Part shown: positions 15,598-33,081 of the stretch, in pieces
Position numbering within the stretch: position 1 is the first letter of the stretch
Layout: each line of letters starts with the position of its first letter
Source of the DNA: the human T2T-CHM13v2.0 reference genome, Homo sapiens
Direction: 5' to 3' (one strand)
Length of the DNA: 64,000 bases
NCBI RefSeq assembly: GCF_009914755.1
Contig: NC_060939.1
Made by a program: the position numbers and the translations under genes
The notes under the pieces: model-generated
Databases searched by the model: none
Told to the model about the DNA's origin: nothing
What the model saw: the letters and a program-made list of their open reading frames with translations, nothing else

Positions 15598-15872
15598 GGC
15601 TGGGTGCGGTGGCTCACGTCTGTAATCCCAGCTACTCAGGAGGCTGAGGACGGAAGAATTGCTTGAGCCCAGGAGTTTGAGACTAGCCTGGGCAACATAA
15701 TGAGACCCTGTCTCTACAAAACATAAAACATTTACCTGGGTGTGGTTGAGTGCATCTGTAATCCCAGCTACTTGGGAGGCTGAGGTGGGAGGATCTTTTG
15801 AAGCTGGGAGTTTAAGACCAGCCTGGGTAACACAGCAAGACACTCCCCCTACAAAAATTAAAATTAAAATTA
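15598..15872 (+). mobile_element. Alu (rearranged, two left-arm-like units)
   Basis: ggctgggtgcggtggctcacg...; followed by a MIR remnant to ~16080. Confidence 0.8.
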
Positions 15873-17339
15873 ATACATGTAATTTGGATTAAATTGGATT
15901 TCAGGCACAACAAACCCGTGAAGTGAGTGCTATTATTATCTGCTGTTCACAAGTGAGAAGCTGAGGCACGGAGAGGTTAAGTAAACTTGCTCAAGGTCAC
16001 ACAGCTACAAAGAGGCAAAACCAGGATTGCAACCCAGGCCATCTGGCTCAGTATCCGTGCTCCAAATCACTGCATGACATAGCTTTTCCCGCAATGCTGG
16101 AGGACTCGATTGTGTTTTGTTTTCCTAAACTTGTTCCCTTTTGTTTTCCTAAACTTGTTCCCAACTTATGATAAACCTGTGACAGGTGTTCATGATCCAA
16201 AAAGTGTCTGAGATTGGCTTTAACAAATTAAACATGAGATGGGAAAGTGACCAAATGCATGAGGAAGAAGAAAAAAATTCCAGAAGAATAAATCTTTCTA
16301 CCATCCTTTGTCCATGTGTCTGTGTGGGTGGACAAGGGAATACTGTGTAAGAATGGGTGCAGCTTGTTCAAAGATAAACTGTAGTTGAAAGTTGCAGCCT
16401 GCATTGATAGTTGCCCCTAGTTTAGCAAGCTGCCTGAGTGGGCTCCGAAATGGAGACCTATCTGATTTGCAGAGGCAGGGCAGGAGGGCTAAATTGCCAC
16501 AAATAAGAATAAAAGAACAGGCGTTTCAAACAGGAATGGGGGTGGGTAGAAACCCAAGAAGGCGTCAGCAAGCTGTGACCTGAGTGGGGTGTAGCAGCAC
16601 AGGAAACAGCTCTGATGGGTTTTCAAACAAGGACGGCTACTGTTTAATCGTCCCCGTTGCTTGTGCTGAGCTGCGATGTCATTCTTCTCAATCTCCTGAC
16701 CTTTGGTCAAAGCCTAACATCAACCCTGCTTTATGACCATCCGTGCTGAGACAGTCAGTGCTAAGGGGTGAGGGGGCATGAAGCCTGGGGAGGACCGGGC
16801 CTGGAGGCCATGGGCACTGGGCAAGTTGCTGAGTGGGGAGTTGGCCTGGAGAAACATAAGCCCCTTTGCCATCCTCAGAGTCACTAGGGGCGCCAGATTC
16901 CTGCCAGGCACAGGATGTCCAGCCAGAGTAGCATCTAGCTCCTGAAATCCAGCACATGCTCTCCTCCCAAGTCAGGTGTCCTGGCCCGGGGCTCTGTCTG
17001 CAGAGAGTGGTGCCTTTGGGCTGGCAGTGGTCCTGCATGGATCCTCTGCTGAAAGCTAAGGACCTTGGGTCCCAGGCACAGGGCAGGCCCTGGGCTACTG
17101 CTCTAGACTTCCTGAGTCAGAGAAAGCCCCGCTGGACCTCCCAAGGCCTCATCCTGGCACCTGAGTCAGCCTCCTCCCTCTTTCTGAGCCACCCTCGGCT
17201 GACCTCCCCCAGCCAGCCTGCCTCTAAAAGTGGGGCTTCATAGGGACATTGTAATGGGGGAGCAGACTCCAGGTCTAGTTCATTTATTTATCCATCCTTT
17301 CCTGTTGTTTATATTGACCTGTATGCCAGATACATAGGT

Positions 17340-18288
<949 letters not shown>

Positions 18289-18926
18289 GCATTTTTATTC
18301 TTAAATTACAGATGAGGAAACTGAGGGGCCAGGGGTAGCTGGGACACAAGTCCTGTCTGAATTGTGCTGGTCTTCCAGCTTGGTGGGGTGGGATGGAGGC
18401 AGCCTGGGCTGGGGACCTGAAAGCAGAAGAGGGGATGAAGGGAACTGGGTAGGCTTGTGGACCACAGGCCCACATGGGAGCCACACCCTGGCAAGAGAGG
18501 GGATTGTGAAAGAGAAGGCAGGTGGGGTTCAGGACAAAGATGGGAAAATGGGGGCAGGGAGCAAGAGACCCTCCAGGCCTTGCAGATGCAGGAGTTGAGC
18601 AGGTAGAGGATAGATGGGGTGGAAGGGAGGTGGGTGCCCAACAGGGATGACCCTGCAGGTGAGGTCCCGGGCAGTAAGCGATGAAACTACTTTGAGTGGG
18701 GGCAGCCCACCCAATACCTCCTCCTCTGGGCTAAAGAGGAGGGAGGGGAACTAGCTGGGCGATCTGTGCATTCAGCCATCCCTAGGGGCTGTCCAGGGGC
18801 ACTTGTCCCCAGAGAGGAAGGCCAGCTCTGTCTTTGGAGGATGAGAGTGAGTAAGCAGACAAGCACCGTGCTAGTTGCGTTTCATTCAAGATCTTCCCAC
18901 CACACCCAGTAAGAAAGGCATGACAC

Positions 18927-19472
<546 letters not shown>

Positions 19473-19814
19473 GGCATGACAGCCCCATTTTAGAGATGAG
19501 AAAACTTTGGCCAGCCATGTCCAATGGCCTGCCTGAGGTCACAGAGTTAGGCTGGAGTGCAGCCAGGATGCAAACTTGCCTTTGCTAGTCTGGTGAAAGA
19601 GCTAGGTATAAATAGAAACCCCAAAGCAGTGGGTGCCAGGCACAGGACTGGAGGCTATGAGGGGAGCAGGGGTGACTGAATACCCCCACCCCAATACTAC
19701 CCCCAAGGCATCTGCTTATTCTGGACCCAGAAGGAGAGGCTGGGGGCATTTCTAGGTATCCTGTGGATACCACAGAGGTTATGCACACTCTGGCATAGTA
19801 AGCCAGGCAGAGTG

Positions 19815-20050
19815 GTCTGAGGAAAGGGAGTGGGGATGGGGGAGGGGGTAGAAGAGAAGGTAGGGAAGGAAGTGGGAGGAGGGACTGAGGGGGAGATGGA
19901 GAACGGGCGGGGGAAGGAGGGAAGGGAGGGAGGGAGAGGGGGAGGGGAAGGGAGGAAGAGGGGGAGGGGGAGGGAGGGAAGTAAGGAAGGAAGGAAAGAG
20001 GGAGGGAGGGAAAGAAGGAAGTGGGGAGGGAGGGAGGGAGGGAGGGAAGG
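19815..20050. repeat. Polypurine (GGGA/GGAA)n low-complexity tract
   Basis: Near-pure G/A on the + strand. Confidence 0.9.
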
Positions 20051-20590
20051 TTGGTTGCCGGCCATGGTTGCACGTGTGTGCCTGGCTGGTTCTGTGTCCC
20101 TCTGTGTGTGTGCATGCATGTGTTCGCATGTGCATGTGTACATGAGTGCAACAGTTTTTTCTCCTTGGTCCTCTAAGCTCCTGTGAGTCCTGCCGGGCCA
20201 GGAAGTCTCCATTTGGGGCATGGCATTGGGATCCCAGTCAATAGCCCTAGACTTGTCCACTGGCATTGGGGGTGGGCAGGAGGGTTGGACAGGCAATGGG
20301 GAGGGGTAGGAGCAGTGAAGCCTTCAGGCTTGGGGTGGCTGGGAGGGGCAGTGAATGCCCCAGGCAGGCCTATACTCTGGGGGGCTTTCTTGGTTGTTCC
20401 AGGCCAGACAGTCCCCAACACGCATGTGTATTCCAGGCTGCACGGACCAGCTGGGATCCTTCCCCACCCCTTAGGCTTACTTTCTCCAGAAGCACTGGGC
20501 ATTGCTGTGCCCATTCTGCACTGGGTTCTTCATATTCACAGTCAGTTGATCTGCCTGATTATCCCTTGATGTGGTTAATGCTTATCCTCA

Positions 20591-22046
<1,456 letters not shown>

Positions 22047-23036
22047 CCTCATTTTTTATATCTGTGTAAACTGAGCCCCAGAGAGATGAAGTGACTTGCC
22101 TATGGCAGCACAGCTAAGAAGTAGCAGAAGCAGGATTTGAACCCAGGAAGACAGGGCACCAATCTCAGCCCCCAGCCCCTTCAGCATAGAGTGAGGGTCC
22201 CCTGCCTTCTACTCCACCCTACCCTCCCAGCCTCAGGAGCACATTCACAAGTACAGGTTGGGCCCCTCTTCTGTTCTGTGAGGCCTGTATCAATTTGTCA
22301 TGGGGTGGAGAGCCCAGCTCCCTGGTGGAATCACATCAGGTCATAGTGACAGAGTCCTGGCTCCCCAGGGACTGACTGCCAGCCACAGCACTGGGAGCTG
22401 GGATAGCACTCTACCCCACTGAACCTGCAGCACAGGGCCAGCCAGTCATGGAGCCCCTCAAATCCATTGGTGCACTGGGGGCCAGAGGGCTTGCAGGAGT
22501 GGATGAGAGGTGGCTCAGCCTTCAGTAGGCCCTGGCTGAGAAATAAAGAGGCTGTTCATGAGCGCAGATGTGGTTCTGGTCGGCTGGGCCCCAGGGATCC
22601 TGAGCAGGCCTTTCTTGTCTGAACCCAAATCTACTTCTTGGGTTTGTCAGCATTCCCTACCACCACCCTCAGCCCCACAGCCTGGCCGAGCAGTGGGCGC
22701 AGTCTCTCAACTTGCCCTGAATGCCTTCGCAGGCCTCTTGCCTTCAGGAGTTGCATGCTGCACCTTCTGGAAACAAACAGGGACCATGATACCAGGCGGG
22801 GCTAGGCTGCCACTCCTGCCCTCCCACTGGCTGCAGTCAGATGTCAGCACATGGCACTGGGGGTGTGGGTCACAGGAAGGCCCTGTGGGCCTCTGGAAGG
22901 TTCTGCTCAGAAGAAACATCATGGGCAAGGAGGTCTGTGCAGGGGCTGCAGGGGCTGCAGTCACCCCTCCGATTGCCTGTTACAGATGGGGAGCTGTGGA
23001 GGTTTCTGTGTCCCTTCCTTTTAACTAAACAACCCC

Positions 23037-23388
<352 letters not shown>

Positions 23389-23563
23389 TTAGGTTAGGAA
23401 TGGGGACAGAACTGGGCCTGGGAGCTGGGATTAGAATGGGCTGGGATTGGGATGAAGATGGTCTAGTCTGGGCTGGGCAGAGCTTGGGATGGGGGTGGGA
23501 GGCCTGAAAGCAGAGGGCTTTACTGGAATGACTGTTTATCCCCTGCCCACTCTGCATTGAGCC

Positions 23564-24364
23564 TGTCAACCTGAATGATGAGATTCAGGCAATATGATTA
23601 AATACTGAGTTTATTGGAGTGCAAAGTTTGAGGAAGGCACAGTCTCCAAAAAAATGGGGTCCAAGGTGCTCTGAAGTGGAGAGATTTGAGGATCATTTAT
23701 ATAGGCAAGGATGTAAACAGGATTACATCATTTTTCATACATAGTTACAGCAATTGATTGGTTAAAGGCAGTGTTTCTTTTTCGGGAAAAGTATATTTGA
23801 CATTCCACATAAGGATGTAATAGTTAAGGGGTCTTTCATCTCAGTCAAGGGGTCTTCTATCTTAGGGCCATCTGGTCTAAGCCAGGAACAAGGAAGGAAA
23901 TTAATTTATAACAAAAGTTCAGTAATTAAGAGGTCAAGTTCTGTGACTCAGTCTCCAAAGGCAACCTTCCTCAGAGCCTAGTAACTGTTATTTTTGTTCT
24001 TGTTGTTTTGTTTTTGTTTTTGAGACAGGGTCTTGCTCTGTCTCCCAGGCTGGGGTGCAGTGGCGCAATCACGGCTCACTGAAACCCCGACCTCCTGGGC
24101 TGGGCTTAAGCAATCCTCCCACCTCAGCCTCCTGAGTAGCTGGAACTACAGGTGTGCATCATCACGCCTGGCTTTTTTTTCTTTCTTTCTTTTTTTGGTA
24201 TAGAGAAGGTCTCATTATGTTACCCAGGCTGGTCTCAAACTCCTGGGCCTGAGCAATCCTCTAGGTTTGGTCTCCCAAAGTGCTAGGATTACAGGTGTGA
24301 GCCACTGCACCTGGCCCCTAATAACTTTTAGAAGCCCTAAACAGATGATCCAGTTCCTTTCACA
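23564..24364 (-). mobile_element. ERV1-type LTR interrupted by an Alu (~24000-24316)
   Basis: tgtcaacc...tttcaca termini with tttatt and tttatata on +; flanked by agcc/agcc. Confidence 0.6.
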
Positions 24365-24462
24365 AGCCTGTGGAAAAATGGCAGACTGAGGAGGTGGTTT
24401 TGGCTCTCTGGCCTTCACAGAACTTCTTCCTAGAGAAGGGAAAGCAGACTTCAGCCCCACGT

Positions 24463-24970
24463 TGTTGGGAACAGGCCCCCAAATCTGGCCATAAACAGGC
24501 CCCAAAACTGGCCATAAACAAAATATCTGCAGCACTGTGACATGCTCGTGACGGCCACGATGCCCATGTTGAAGGTTATTGTTTTACCGGAATGAGGGCA
24601 AGGAATACCTGGCCCACCCAGAGCGGAAAACCGCTTAAGGCATTACTGAACCACAAACAATAGCATGAGCGATCTGTGCCTTAAGGACATGCTCCTGCTG
24701 CAGATAACTAGCTAGACCCATCCCTTTATTACGGCCCATCCCTTTGTTTCCCATATAGGATACTTTTAGTTAATCTATAATCTATAGAAACAATGCTTAT
24801 CACTCGCTTGCTGTCAATAAATATGTGGGTAAATCTCTGTTCATGGCTCTCAGCTCTGAAGGCTGTGAGTCCCCTGATTTCCCACTCTGCACTCTATATT
24901 TTTGTGTGTGAGTCTTTAATTCCTCTAGCGCTGCTGGGTTAGGGTCTCCACGACCAAGCTGGTCTCAGCA
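24463..24970 (+). mobile_element. MER9 (HERV-K HML-3) solo LTR
   Basis: tgttgggaacaggcccccaaatctggccataaac...ggtctcagca; 6-bp TSD ccacgt/ccacat. Confidence 0.85.
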
Positions 24971-27900
24971 CCACATCTTCTCAGAGTCCTGCCTGCTTCC
25001 TAGGAATTGGCCTGAGGAAGGAGGAACACGGGTTCACTGAGGCTCACTGCCTGCCGGGACTGATCCAGTGGCATTAGAACACTGGGCACCTGACCCTACC
25101 ACAAACCTGGGGGCACAATTCATCATCCCACAGTCAAAGACCCTGGAGCTCAGAGAGGTTAAGAAGCTTGCTTCAAGTCCCACAGCCAAGAGTGCAAGTT
25201 GGGATCTGGGCCTGGATAAGGTGGCTGGTGCTGGTTTTGTCACCAGAGTATCCCTAAGAAGGCAATACTAATCCAAGCAAGGAGACACTAACAGGGGGTG
25301 TCAGCACCAGGAAAGTGATGCAGCAGTTTCCCAGCAGTGGGACTTTTCTGGAAGGAGCTGGAGGCCCATTCTGGGGTCAAATGCTGCTGCAGCCAAGCCT
25401 CCTCCACAGCTGCAGGGCATTTGCCTGGCTCCTGCTGCTGGGGTTCTAATCTCATGACTGGCCTCGGCTCAGGGTCAGCCCAAGGACACCTCTCAGTCTG
25501 GGGGCTGAGGTCAAGGCTGACTTCTGGCCTGTCTGGGTAACCTGCACCTCTCACCTGCACTGTTCACACTGGTTCCCTGGGCCTGACCTGTGTTCCCTTC
25601 ACCAAGCCCGAGTTATACAGTGTGGACTCCCACCCCCCATCAAGACCCCTCTCCCTGGCCAGTGCTGCTCTATGTCAGGGAGGGAGACAACAGGGGGCTT
25701 CCCTGGAATGCTCACCTTCTGCCCTGTGCCACTGCTGCTGGCTTCCCACCACGTTGCTCCGTTGCTCACCACACTACCCACCTCTTGCCATCATCTCCGG
25801 AAGCTGGGGGCTATGACCATTCTTGTTCCAATGTTAAAGATGGGGAATCTGAGCTCAGCAAGAGGAAGCCTTGACCTCCCCTTACTCCTGAGCCACTCCA
25901 CTGTGACACGGTGCCCACACGTCCACTGGCAGCACCTCACCTCTCCTTTCCTTTCTTGGCTGGAGGCTCTCTCTGACCCCACCACACAGGCTGTCCCCTA
26001 CTCCCCGCTCTCAGCTCTGGCAGCCTTTCTAGCCAGAGCCCATAGTTCGGCCACTTGCAGCCTGACCATGGGCTGGGCTGGGGGGCATTCTACTCTCTTC
26101 AAGAGCTGAGGGACTGTCAGGTGAAAGATGGATGCCAGGGACTGAGGGGTCATCAGGGGGTGACGCCCGAGAGAGCCAGGAGGCCCCGGATGGAGGCCTG
26201 AAGGGATAAGCCAAGCTTCTTTCTAAATCCCTGGCTGTGCCAAAGCCACCCATGGAGACTTTCCCTTACTGACCTGACCTCAGCTGGATTTGGCATCCTC
26301 CTGGCTTCCCCAGCCAGCCAGGGCACACTGACTAGACAGAGATGGCTGAGGAAGGTGTGTGTGGAGCTGACACACGGGCCCCGGAAGTGCTGGAGAAGGC
26401 TCGTTCTGGGTGTGGACCCTCTTCTCCCTGCCCCTTACCCAATTCCCTGGGGGATTCTTTTGTTCCCCTGCCCTATGCTGGGGTGCAGGGAGGCCACCTG
26501 GGGCCTTGCCAGCCTGGACTTGCCTGAGCTCTGGGCCCTGAGGTCATGGAGACCTCCTGAAACCCTCCCCAGGGGAGCTGTTCGCAGGCAGACAGGCCCA
26601 ATGAGGTGCTAATTACTGAACTAATTGGAACCTGAGCCATAGATGACCTGGTTGACAGGAGGTGGGGACTGCTGGAGCAGAGGGGGCTGTGGAATAGGGT
26701 CTGGAGGGAGGTTGAGGGAGCCCAGAGCTGGTGCAGGGTGGGCTGTGTTTGTTCAGGAATTGTTGATTTATTAGCAAGATCAGCTCTTTGAAATGCGTTC
26801 TGGTCTCCTCCATATCTCTCCTGGTCCTGGGTTTCTCTCTGGGAAAAGATTGGTGTTCTGAAGCCACTGCTTGTTGGGAGGGGTTCATCAAGAATTTGGG
26901 GGCAGAATGTTCTGCTCTGGGGAGTGACTCGAGCCGGAGGGAGGCCCACGGCCTGTCCTGAGGATTCCAGGCCTGCTGCAGCCAGCAGACGTGGCACTGG
27001 GTGGTCTTGGAGATGGGCTGTGAGAACAGAGTGACACCACTGAGCCGGGTCACCTTGGAGGGTTCTGGGACTCACCCCACACCTGGCTCTTTTGGACCTT
27101 GGCCTGCTCCTGCCCCTCTGTGAATAGCTGGTAAGGGGCCAGTGACTCTAGAGGCCTCACAAATTGGAGATGACACTGTCTGCTCCCTAAGGGGCAGGGG
27201 AGCTAAGGAGTCTACCTTGCTGCATCCAGAAAGGAAAAGCCTAGCACCCTCTCCCCTCTCCGAGACTCCCTTCTTCACAGCCCACCCTTCTGGCACAAGT
27301 CATTCTCAGCACCCTGGACCCAGGGAAGACTTTGGCCACATTGGGCCAGACCCCAACTCTCAGCAGGGTAGCATGTGGCTGTCACTCACCCATCTCTAGC
27401 CCCATTGGCTCCCCAGGGCTCCTGGCACACTCTGCACTTTCTCTGGTCTTCAGACCTTTGGCTGCCTCCAGCTCTGCCCCCTGGGCTGCTTTCTGCCTAG
27501 TCAAGTCCTCTCCACTCCACAGGCAGGCTCCGGGTTCATCTGCATAGCAGGCTGAGCAGTGACCTCCTGCCTGATCTTCTGCAGCATCCCCTGCCCCCGC
27601 CCCTCCACACTCCACACACGGCCCAGGACCCAGACTGTTGGTTATGAAAGCTGGGAGGCTAACCCCCTACCTGCTCTGAAGGCTTGTCCTCCTCTCTCCC
27701 AGAATGCTCTGAGAACTGAATGAAATGATGGATAAGAGAGGACCGTGGCAGTAACTGTGACAATTGCTCCAATTGTATGAGTGCCTATTTCTGAGCCAGG
27801 CATGGTGCTGTGTACTTTCTGCACAGGTCTCATAGCAACCCTCCAGGGCTGGAAGTTTTCCTATCCCCACTTCTCAATGAGGAAACTGAGGCTCAGAGAG

Positions 27901-28815
27901 GCCAAGCAACTGATTCAAAGTCACACAGTTCCTAAGTGACAGTTTGGGGACTCCAAAGTCACCATCTCTCACAATGGGAAGGGGGTTGTTGTTATTTTTT
28001 GGCCAGCCTGCTTCCTTCCCCCTTTCCCCTCCCTCCCTGCCTGCCATCATCTGCCTGGTGAGTTTGCATCACTCCTAGGGCCCAGGGGTCCAATTAGGGG
28101 ACTCCCCCAGGGAAGCTGACTGAGGCAATCCATGCCCCAAGGGGGCCTCCCTGAGCTGAAGTTTTAATTAGCCATCACTGCTCTCCCTGAAACTCTGACC
28201 TGCCCATAGCTCTACCATCCCAGGCTGGCCTTGTGGCAGGAGGCAGAAGGCAGGACTGGCGTTCAACCCAGCTGCGCAGCAGAAGCTGCCCTGGCAGAGC
28301 AGAGAGATGTGGCCAGGCTTCCCTCCCACACAGCTCTCTGTATCCACCTCAGCATCACCTCATTTAGTCCAGTAAATGGATTACAAAATAAATGGACTAA
28401 GCGACTTCATCCATTAAATAGATTAAATACATTAAATGAGCTAATATTTGTGAAGCATTTAAACAGCGCCCGGTACATAGTAAAGACTAGGAGTGTTTGT
28501 TAAATTAAAAAAACAAGTCAGCAAGGATGAGGGGAACAAGGTACCACCCAGGGCCCAGAACTATTCTTGGACATAAAGATGGCACATTCCTGGGTCACTT
28601 GGCAATGGTGGGTGGCCCATGTGTGGGCGGTCAGCATCTGTAATCCTGCCCCCTGCAATGTGGGAAGCTTGGGGTGTGGAGGGAGGGAATGGATGGGTAT
28701 GTGCCAGGCACTGCACTAAGCATTCATGCCCTACAAGCCATCTTAGGAGATGGGTTACCATCCCATTTTTCAGAGGAGGTGGTCAAGGTTCACAGAAGCA
28801 ATCAACATGTCCACA

Positions 28816-29207
<392 letters not shown>

Positions 29208-30881
29208 TTATTTGTTTTTGTTTAGGGCAGGATTTAGATCCAAAACCTAAGCCCTGCACACCAGAAAATCCGACTCCTTGTGCCCCTCCCACACCTACTC
29301 AGGGCAAGAAGGCCACAGGGCCACACCCCCAGATGCAAAAGGGAGAAGGGTGCCTTTCTCTGCTCCCACTCAGCTTCCCCTCAACCTCCAGGAAACCTGA
29401 GGGCTCTGAGTATGGCTGTTTGTGTTGAGGACCCAAAACCCCTTTTCTGGGGCCAGGCTGTGAGTCTAAGGTGAGATGATAACAGGGAGTTTCTGAAGCA
29501 CTGCACCCCTACTCTGGGGAGCAGGAGGCCTCCTGACCGTGACCCGAGTCTCCCACCCTGCTTGGCTGCTCACCTCCCGCCTCAGCAGCAGCGCCGCTGT
29601 GCCAGCCCTGAGCCAGAGCCAAGCCCTCCTTGGACGCGGTTGCCTGGTAACCAGCCCTAAGTGACGGCAACCCCAGCGGGCCGCTAATGAGGGGGCAGCA
29701 GCCAACCACCTGGCCAGACCCAGCCGCCTCAGCCAGCCTTAGAAAGGCTTCCACGATAGTCCACCTGGCCTGCCCACGGTAGGAGGGGAGGGTGCCCCAG
29801 CACTGGGGGAGGGGACATGGTGGGGCGAGGAGGAGCTGGGTTGGCGGCCCCCCAAAACCTTTGAACTGGGGATCTGGGGGAAGGTGACTCCCGATGAAGG
29901 CCAAGTCTTGACCAAAGCGCGGGGCGGGCACTGGGCTGGAGTCAGGGCTGCGGGTAGGGCCCGCCCAGGCCCCAACCACCACCCTGGAAACAGCTGTGAT
30001 GGCTCTGCCCAGGGCGCCGAGGCCGGGGGAAGGGATCTCCAGGGAGAGGCCCTGGATGGGGAGAGGAGGTGATGAGGGCGGCTGGCAGGAGTCCAGGCTC
30101 TGGGTAGGGGAGCAGCTCCTGCAGCACGGGGGGAAATGCATCAGCCCCTCCCCTCTTTGCAGGGGTCCCCCTCCTCTTCTCCTCACACCCCTACCCCAGG
30201 CTGATGGCCTCCAAGGAGGGGGCTGCAGGCAGCATGAGGCAGGCAGGTGGAGCTCGGCCAGGTGTTTTTCCATCCTAGGTCTGACAGGGGAGGAGGGGAT
30301 AGAGAGGCAGTGGCAGAACCAGGAGGAGGCCTGGTGTATGGACTGGACAGGCCTTCAGGAGACCTGGGTTCTGGAGCTGCCTGCCTGAGACCCCAGGCAG
30401 GTAGCTGGCCCTCTCTGCGTCTCATTTGCCCCATGTTGAAATAGGGGCTAGAAACAGGCTACTGCTGGTGTCCTGGGTCCTAAGAGGCTGAGAGGGGGAG
30501 TCCAGGGGCTTTAGGGGAGCTCTGGGCAGCAGAGGTTCCTTCAGGCTCTCATCTCTGGGCCTGGGTAGGTTTTTCTGCCTTTCTTCCCTTTCAGATGTGC
30601 ATAGCCCTCCTTCACCATTAAACCTTCACTCCATAACTACAGCCTGACTCAGCCCTGTGGTGGGCACTAGAGTCACAGCCCAAGGGCAGACCCAGGCCCC
30701 ACCCTGGAAGAGGTCCCTCCCCAGTATAAGAGAGAAGCCAGGCTTATAGCCAGGCAATTTCAGCACAGGAAGCTGAGGCTAAAATGGAGGTGAGTTCAAA
30801 ATGCTCTGGGACCTCAGAAGAGATGACCAAACCCAGCCTGGAGCTCAGGGAAGGCTTCCTGGAGGAGGGATCCCAAGCCGA

Positions 30882-31270
<389 letters not shown>

Positions 31271-31799
31271 TGAAAGGAACCTTGGCTGGCTGGGGAGACA
31301 ATCGGGACAATCAGGAGACATGCCAAAGCCAGACTGGGGAACTGGAACCTGAGGCCACCGAGGAACCACAGGAGACTCCAAGCTAGGAGTGACCGGTTAC
31401 ACACAGGCATTAGAAAGCTCTCTGTGGAGGCAGGCAGGGAATATTTCCTGCTGCCTCCAGCACCAAGCCTCCAATGGCTGGGCTTTGGCACAGCCAGAGT
31501 GAGACATCACAGTCCCACCCTCCCTGAGTCCAAGGCCCAGCAGTCCTGTTCCTGAGGCCTCTCTCCCACTGTGGCAGACCCACCTCCACACAAGCACCCA
31601 TCTCACTGGAGGCAATGGTCTGTTTGAAGCCTGGGAGACAGCACTGGGACCCATCTACTGCTGTACCCTCAATGCCAGCATAAAACCTGGAGATCCTCAA
31701 TATGTGACAGAAGGAAGGATGGGAAGGAGAGAAGGAAAATCAGCCCACCCTAGCTGTTAATTAAAGAATGTTCCCCTCCTCTGCAGGAGTCCCTAAATC

Positions 31800-32094
31800 T
31801 TTTTTTTTTTTTTTTTTTTTTTTTGAGATACAGTCTTACTCTGTTGCCCAGGCTAGAGTGCAGAGGCACGATCTCAGCTCACTGCAACCTCTGCCTCCCG
31901 GGTTCAAGTTCCTCTGCCTCCTGAGTAGCTGGGATTACAGGCTTGTGCACCACGCCGGCTAATTTTTGTTTTTTAGTAGACATGGGGTTTCCCCATGTTG
32001 GCCAGGCTGATCTCAAACTCCTGACCTTAAGTGATCTGTCTGCCTCAGCCTCCCCAAGTGCTGGGATTAAAGGCGTGAGCCACTGCACCTGGCC
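31800..32094 (-). mobile_element. Alu
   Basis: Poly-T plus dimer; TSD gtccctaaat. Confidence 0.92.
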
Positions 32095-32664
32095 AGGGTC
32101 CCTAAATTATTGTGCATGGTTTGTTGTTGTTGTTGTTGTTGTTTTCCTAGCCAACAGGCCAGCAGATGCAGTCTTCCAGAGGGGCCCAGTGAAAGCCTGC
32201 CCCACTTCTCAGTCTTAGGGCCTCCCCTCTGAGCAAGTCTGATTTTCTCTGGAGGTAGTGGGGGGGGCTCCTTCGGAGTTTGAGAGGCTCCCACTCCCTG
32301 CTCACTGTGGCAAAGCAGCAGGCTGCCCCCACCCCCAGCCTCCCCTGCAGAAGGATGCCCTGATTTCCCAGTACACCTTTGGAAAGTGGCTCACCTCACC
32401 CCAATCAGACCCCATGGCCCTGTCCTCCTGCCCAGGTCCTATCCAACCCAGATCCCTACGACGCTCTGAGTCCATGCTGATGGCCACCGACGCAGCCCAG
32501 CTTCAGGCTCTGCTTGCTTTAGTGGCAGCGGGTTCCTGAACAACAATTGTGTCTGAGCCCTCCCTCAGAAGGCACTGGAGTCACACAGTCCTCCAGGGAC
32601 AATCCTAGCTCTCCATTTCTTGGCTATGTGGACAAGTGGCCTCCCCCTCCTCCTCTAGAGCTAC

Positions 32665-33081
32665 TGTTACTGGTTGAGGGTAGTTGCCCAGGTTCTTGGT
32701 GTTTTGAACAAAGAATTGGACAAAAGGCACAAGCAAGGCAGCAAAACCTCCAGCAAGAGGCTCAGGAGCACTGGTTACAGAATTTTCTGGGGTTTATATA
32801 CCCTCTAGAGGTTTCCCATTGGTTCACCCTAGTAGCCCGCAACCAGTCTGATTGGTTGAAGAGTAGGCCCACGACCAGTCTGATGGGTTGTGGGAGGGGA
32901 CCAATCAGAGGCACTTTCACTTTCCAGCTGCCACTCAGCAACTGCCATACAGCAAAAGGAGGGATTGCAACTACCATGCAGCAACTGCCACCTTGAAAGA
33001 GAAGGGGTTGAAGAGTAGTCTCTAATATCCAGCACCAGTTGGCCTTAGGTTCCCTGCCTCCAGACCTTATTCTCCTGCAAC
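32665..33081 (-). mobile_element. ERV1 solo LTR (MER51-like)
   Basis: tgttactggttgagg...ccaggttcttggtgttttgaacaaagaattggacaaa; repeated CCAAT/ATTGG boxes. Confidence 0.65.

Noticed and set aside
19585-20296. 118-199 aa Pro/Ser- or Gly/Glu-rich ORFs
   Set aside because: Translations of the polypurine low-complexity tract.
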